DNA of 64,000 nt from Octopus vulgaris (lineage: Eukaryota): the NCBI GenBank assembly GCA_951406725.2, contig OX597817.1, forward strand, positions 100,130,001 through 100,194,000. Reading direction: 5' to 3'. Within the stretch, counting starts at the first letter, position 1. Each line of letters begins with the position of its first letter. The notes beneath the pieces were generated by a model, which saw only the letters and a list, made by a program, of their open reading frames with translations, had not been told where the DNA came from and ran no database searches. Of the stretch, positions 60,739 through 64,000 are shown in pieces. The position numbers and the translations under genes were made by a program.

Positions 60739-60784
60739 TGTACCAAGTTCAATTTTTCTGCTATAGGTATTAAGTTTATCCTTG
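60739..60784 (-). CDS. Candidate micro-exon of the same minus-strand gene
   Basis: TTTTGCAG acceptor, GTAAG donor; open frame KDKLNTYSRKIELGT. Confidence 0.25.
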
Positions 60785-60832
60785 CTGCAAAATATTTTTT
60801 GCTTTGTGTTATGAAATAGAATGGTGTTAAAT

Positions 60833-61180
60833 AGGTGTGGCTGTATGGTAAGAAACTTGCTTACCAACCACATGGTTCAGTGTTCAGTCCCACTGTGTGA
60901 CACCTTGGGTAAGTGTTGTCTACTGTAGCCTTGGGTTAAACAAAGCCTTGTGAGTGTAATTGGTAAATGGAAACTAAAAGAAGACCATTGTATGTGTGTT
61001 TGTTCACTACCACTACTTGACAACCATCCCTGTAACTTAGCATTTTGACAAATGAGACTGATAAAATAAGTACCACACTTTAAAAATATAAGTACTGGGT
61101 TCAATACATCTGACTAAAAATTCTTCAAGGCATACCCCAGCATGACCACAGTCTCATGACTGAAACAAGTAGAAGATAAA
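60833..61180 (+). mobile_element. tRNA-derived SINE
   Basis: GTGGCTGTATGGTAAGAAACTTGCTTACCAACCACATGG…ATGACTGAAACAAGTA. Confidence 0.8.
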
Positions 61181-61194
61181 ATGGCCCAATTATA

Positions 61195-63030
61195 TCAGGT
61201 CATCCCATAAGTTTTGTCTGAATTTTGAATAAAGAAAACAAGTGATCAAATGTTATATTTAATTGAAATTTAATCATCAATGTACTTTCCCTGATTATCT
61301 ATGACTTCCTTCCATCTATTTACAAGCTTTTTAATCCCATCAATGTATTGGGTTGTCCAGAAAGTTTGTACTGATTTATAGTAGCTTACCTTTCGACTTA
61401 CTTTAGAACATGGTTGAGTCCATAACATAGGATTTGACTATACTTCCATTTAGAGCACAGTTTAAGCTATCTTTTTGTGGTAGAAGGTTTATGTTGCTAT
61501 AACCTGTGTTAATTTTGTAACCCTTTAAAATGGAAGATAAGAAAGTTCATTTTCGGCACTTGATGCTTTGAGAACCAGACAAAAATTGCTCGGCTGGGAT
61601 ACCCCACCCTCTATATTCACCAGATATTGCTCCTTCGGATTTCCACTTATTCAGGTCTCTGCAGAATAGTCTTAATGGTAAAAATTTCAATTCCTTGGAT
61701 GACGTAAAAAGATACCTTGATGAATTCTTTGCCATGAAACCATCTCAATTCTGGGAAGAGAGTATTTTCAAGTTAAAGGAAAGATGGAGACGCATTATGC
61801 AACAAAATGGTTCATATTTGGTTGATTAAAAATGTAATAGCAAATATTTATTGACCTTTTCCTTTCCTTTAAAAATTGGTATGAACTTTCCGGGCAACCC
61901 AATAAAACTCTTTTGGTTTCATGCGAAGAACTCTGAAATGTCAGTTTTGACCTCCACCTGGCTTGCAAAAGTTATGTCCCCCAAATGATTCTGTAAACTT
62001 TGAAACAAATGGTAGTTTGAAGGAGCAAGGTCAGGAAAATAAGGTGAATGAGGAATTTTTTCCCAACCAAGCTCTTCGATCTTCTGTAATGTGATCTTTG
62101 CAGTGTTGGGTTGCACATTGTCCTGATGAAACATCACTCCTTTTTCATTCACTATAGTGGGTCTTTTTTTTCTTCAAAGCTTGCTTCAAACGCTCTAATT
62201 GCTGACCATAGACTTGAGCATTGATTGTTGCATTAGGTGGTAACAATTCTAAGTGAATTACTCCTTTGCAATCCCACCAGATAGAGAGAAGAACCTTTTT
62301 CTATGAAGTTCCCTTCTCGGTTGTGCTTTTTGCCTTTTACCAAGCCACTGTTTACGATGTTTAACATTTTGATAGAAGGTCCATTTTTTGTCACAAGTCA
62401 CAGGTCTATTCAAAAAGGGTGAAATGAGTTTGTGAAAGGGGAGAAAAGAGCAGATGTCAACTTGGGATTTGTGGTTGCTTTCGAACAATTCATGAGGCAC
62501 CCATTTTCCAAGTTTAGGAACCTTTCCAAGTTGTTGAAGATGACAATGAACAGTTGTATGGTTTGAACTAAGCTTTATTGCCAATTCTTCGACTGATAAT
62601 ACAGGATTTTCTTCAAGTAATGCCTCAAGGGGCTTATCATCAAACTCAACTGGATGTCCTGTTTGATCTTCATCTTCAAGGCTGAAATCTCCACTTCTGA
62701 ATTTTGCAAACCATCTGCAAGTTCTTTCAGTCAAGCTTTCTTTCCCATAAACTGAGTGTATGTTCCGAGTTGCTTCAGCTGCAGAGTTTCCTGTTTTATA
62801 ATCATAAAGCATTATGTGCCTCAAATGCTCTTTGGATACTTCCATGTTAGAAAGGGTTTTAATCAAAGAAATTTTAATTCTATTATTCTGTAAAATAATA
62901 TTTAAATAGTTTAAATGTACACAAATGCATAAAAATAATTTTTAATTCCATTAGACATTCTAAAATACTATTGAATTTCATTCAATTTAAAAAAAAAGTA
63001 AAATCAGACAGAACTTATGGGATGACCTGA
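61195..63030 (-). mobile_element. Mariner transposon, full length, disrupted by a nested mariner derivative
   Basis: TIRs TCAGGTCATCCCATAAGTT(T/C)TGTCTGA at both ends, TA TSD; transposase MEVSKEHLRHIMLYDYK…WVPHEL…VTCDKKW…HQDNVQPN…SPYFPDLAPSNYHLF…GKYIDD* (stop 61270-61272). Confidence 0.95.
61348..61902 (+). mobile_element. Internally deleted mariner (555 bp) nested in the 61195-63030 element
   Basis: TIRs TTGGGTTGTCCAGAAAGTT / AACTTTCCGGGCAACCCAA; TA TSD; MEDKKVHFRHLML joined to YSPDIAPSDFHLFRSLQN…QNGSYLVD*. Confidence 0.92.
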
Positions 63031-63114
63031 TAAAATAAGTTTCAGTCATTATTTTAAACAAAGGGATATAATATAAATTCAGTGATAAACAAGATCAGCT
63101 TTGGAAGTTTATTA

Positions 63115-63495
63115 TTCTTTTACTCTTTTACTTGTTTCAGTCATTTGACTGTGGCCATGCTGGAGCACCACCTTTAGTCAAGCAAATCTTATTCTTTGTA
63201 AGCCTAGTATTTATTCTATCAGTCTCTTTTGCCAAACCGCTAAGTTACAGGGACATAAATACACCAGCATTGGTTGTCAAGCAATGTTGGGGGGACAAAC
63301 ACAGACATATGCACACATGTACATGTATATATATATATATATATATATACATATATACGATGGGCTTCTTTCCATTTACGTCTGCCAAATCCACTCACAA
63401 GGCTTTGGTCAGCCTGAGGCTATAGTAGAAGATACTTGCCCAAGGTGCCATGCAGTGGGACTGAACCCGGAACCATGTGGTTGGTATGCTTACAT
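63115..63495 (-). mobile_element. tRNA-derived SINE
   Basis: TTTACTTGTTTCAGTCATTTGACTGTGGCCATGCTGGAGCACC…GTGGGACTGAACCCGGAACCATGTGGTTGGTA. Confidence 0.85.
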
Positions 63496-63811
63496 ACAAT
63501 TATCATGATTTTTCTATGACTAAACAAAAAAAATGTGATTTTGATGGGAAAGTTATATTCTGAAAGGGCTTAATTATTGAGTTGAAGCTTAAATATTAAT
63601 TGGATCGTGGATACCTAATTATAGAGTAGTGGATTTATTGTATAAGGATTTCTACTTTTTTAACAAATTGTTGGTTACACCTATACATTCAAGACATTTT
63701 GAAGTACTAAGATAGATAAAAGGATTGATATTGAGTGTGCAATAGGGTATTTAAGCTTAGACTAGTCTTGGAAAATATGACAGCAACTTTAATCTCTGCT
63801 TATGCTCCTTA

Positions 63812-64000
63812 ATTGGGACTGCCAAGACAAACAAAAAGACCATTTTTATCATACCCTTTTACAGATTACCTTGATAAATGACAGTGACCTCATTTTCATG
63901 GCTGGTGACTTCAACAGTCATGATGGGCAGTATCCTGGTGGATTTCATGGAGACTATGTCTTTAGTCCTAGAAATGAAGAAAAAAGGCTCTTGGGGTTTT
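63812..64000 (+). mobile_element. RTE LINE endonuclease fragment (runs off window)
   Basis: KDHFYHTLL…IFMAGDFNSH…GGFHG…RNEE, the RTE APE GDFN region. Confidence 0.7.

Overview
AT-rich, repeat-dense eukaryotic DNA. The SINE, RTE and Penelope repeat repertoire points to a coleoid cephalopod, most likely Octopus (inferred, not searched). Host genes: the last four coding exons of NAMPT (+, 3541-6773); the last two exons of an unidentified convergent gene (-, 7770-10799); exon 1 of a PHF8/PHF2/KDM7-type PHD-JmjC demethylase, present twice in inverted orientation (20108-20211 + and 45338-45441 -); and a weak candidate 3' end of another minus-strand gene (58272-60784). The rest is decayed mobile DNA: Tc1 and mariner elements and their MITEs (some nested), piggyBac-type MITEs, two non-autonomous Helitrons, RTE and CR1-like LINEs, two Penelope-like elements with degenerate hammerhead motifs, many tRNA-derived SINEs and kilobase (TA)n arrays. 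The dominant structure is a ~31 kb palindrome (17198 to 48361) that starts exactly at a 100-N scaffold gap. Its left arm decays into noise, which most likely reflects a long-read fold-back assembly artefact rather than real biology. I found no clearly new system. The best leads are a signal-peptide-like uORF upstream of the PHF8-like exon, a duplicated bidirectional poly(A) cassette between convergent genes, an RTE with a PHD finger and a hairpin-array 3' UTR, and Penelope elements associated with hammerhead and tRNA-like modules. The long IYIY-type ORFs are microsatellite translations.
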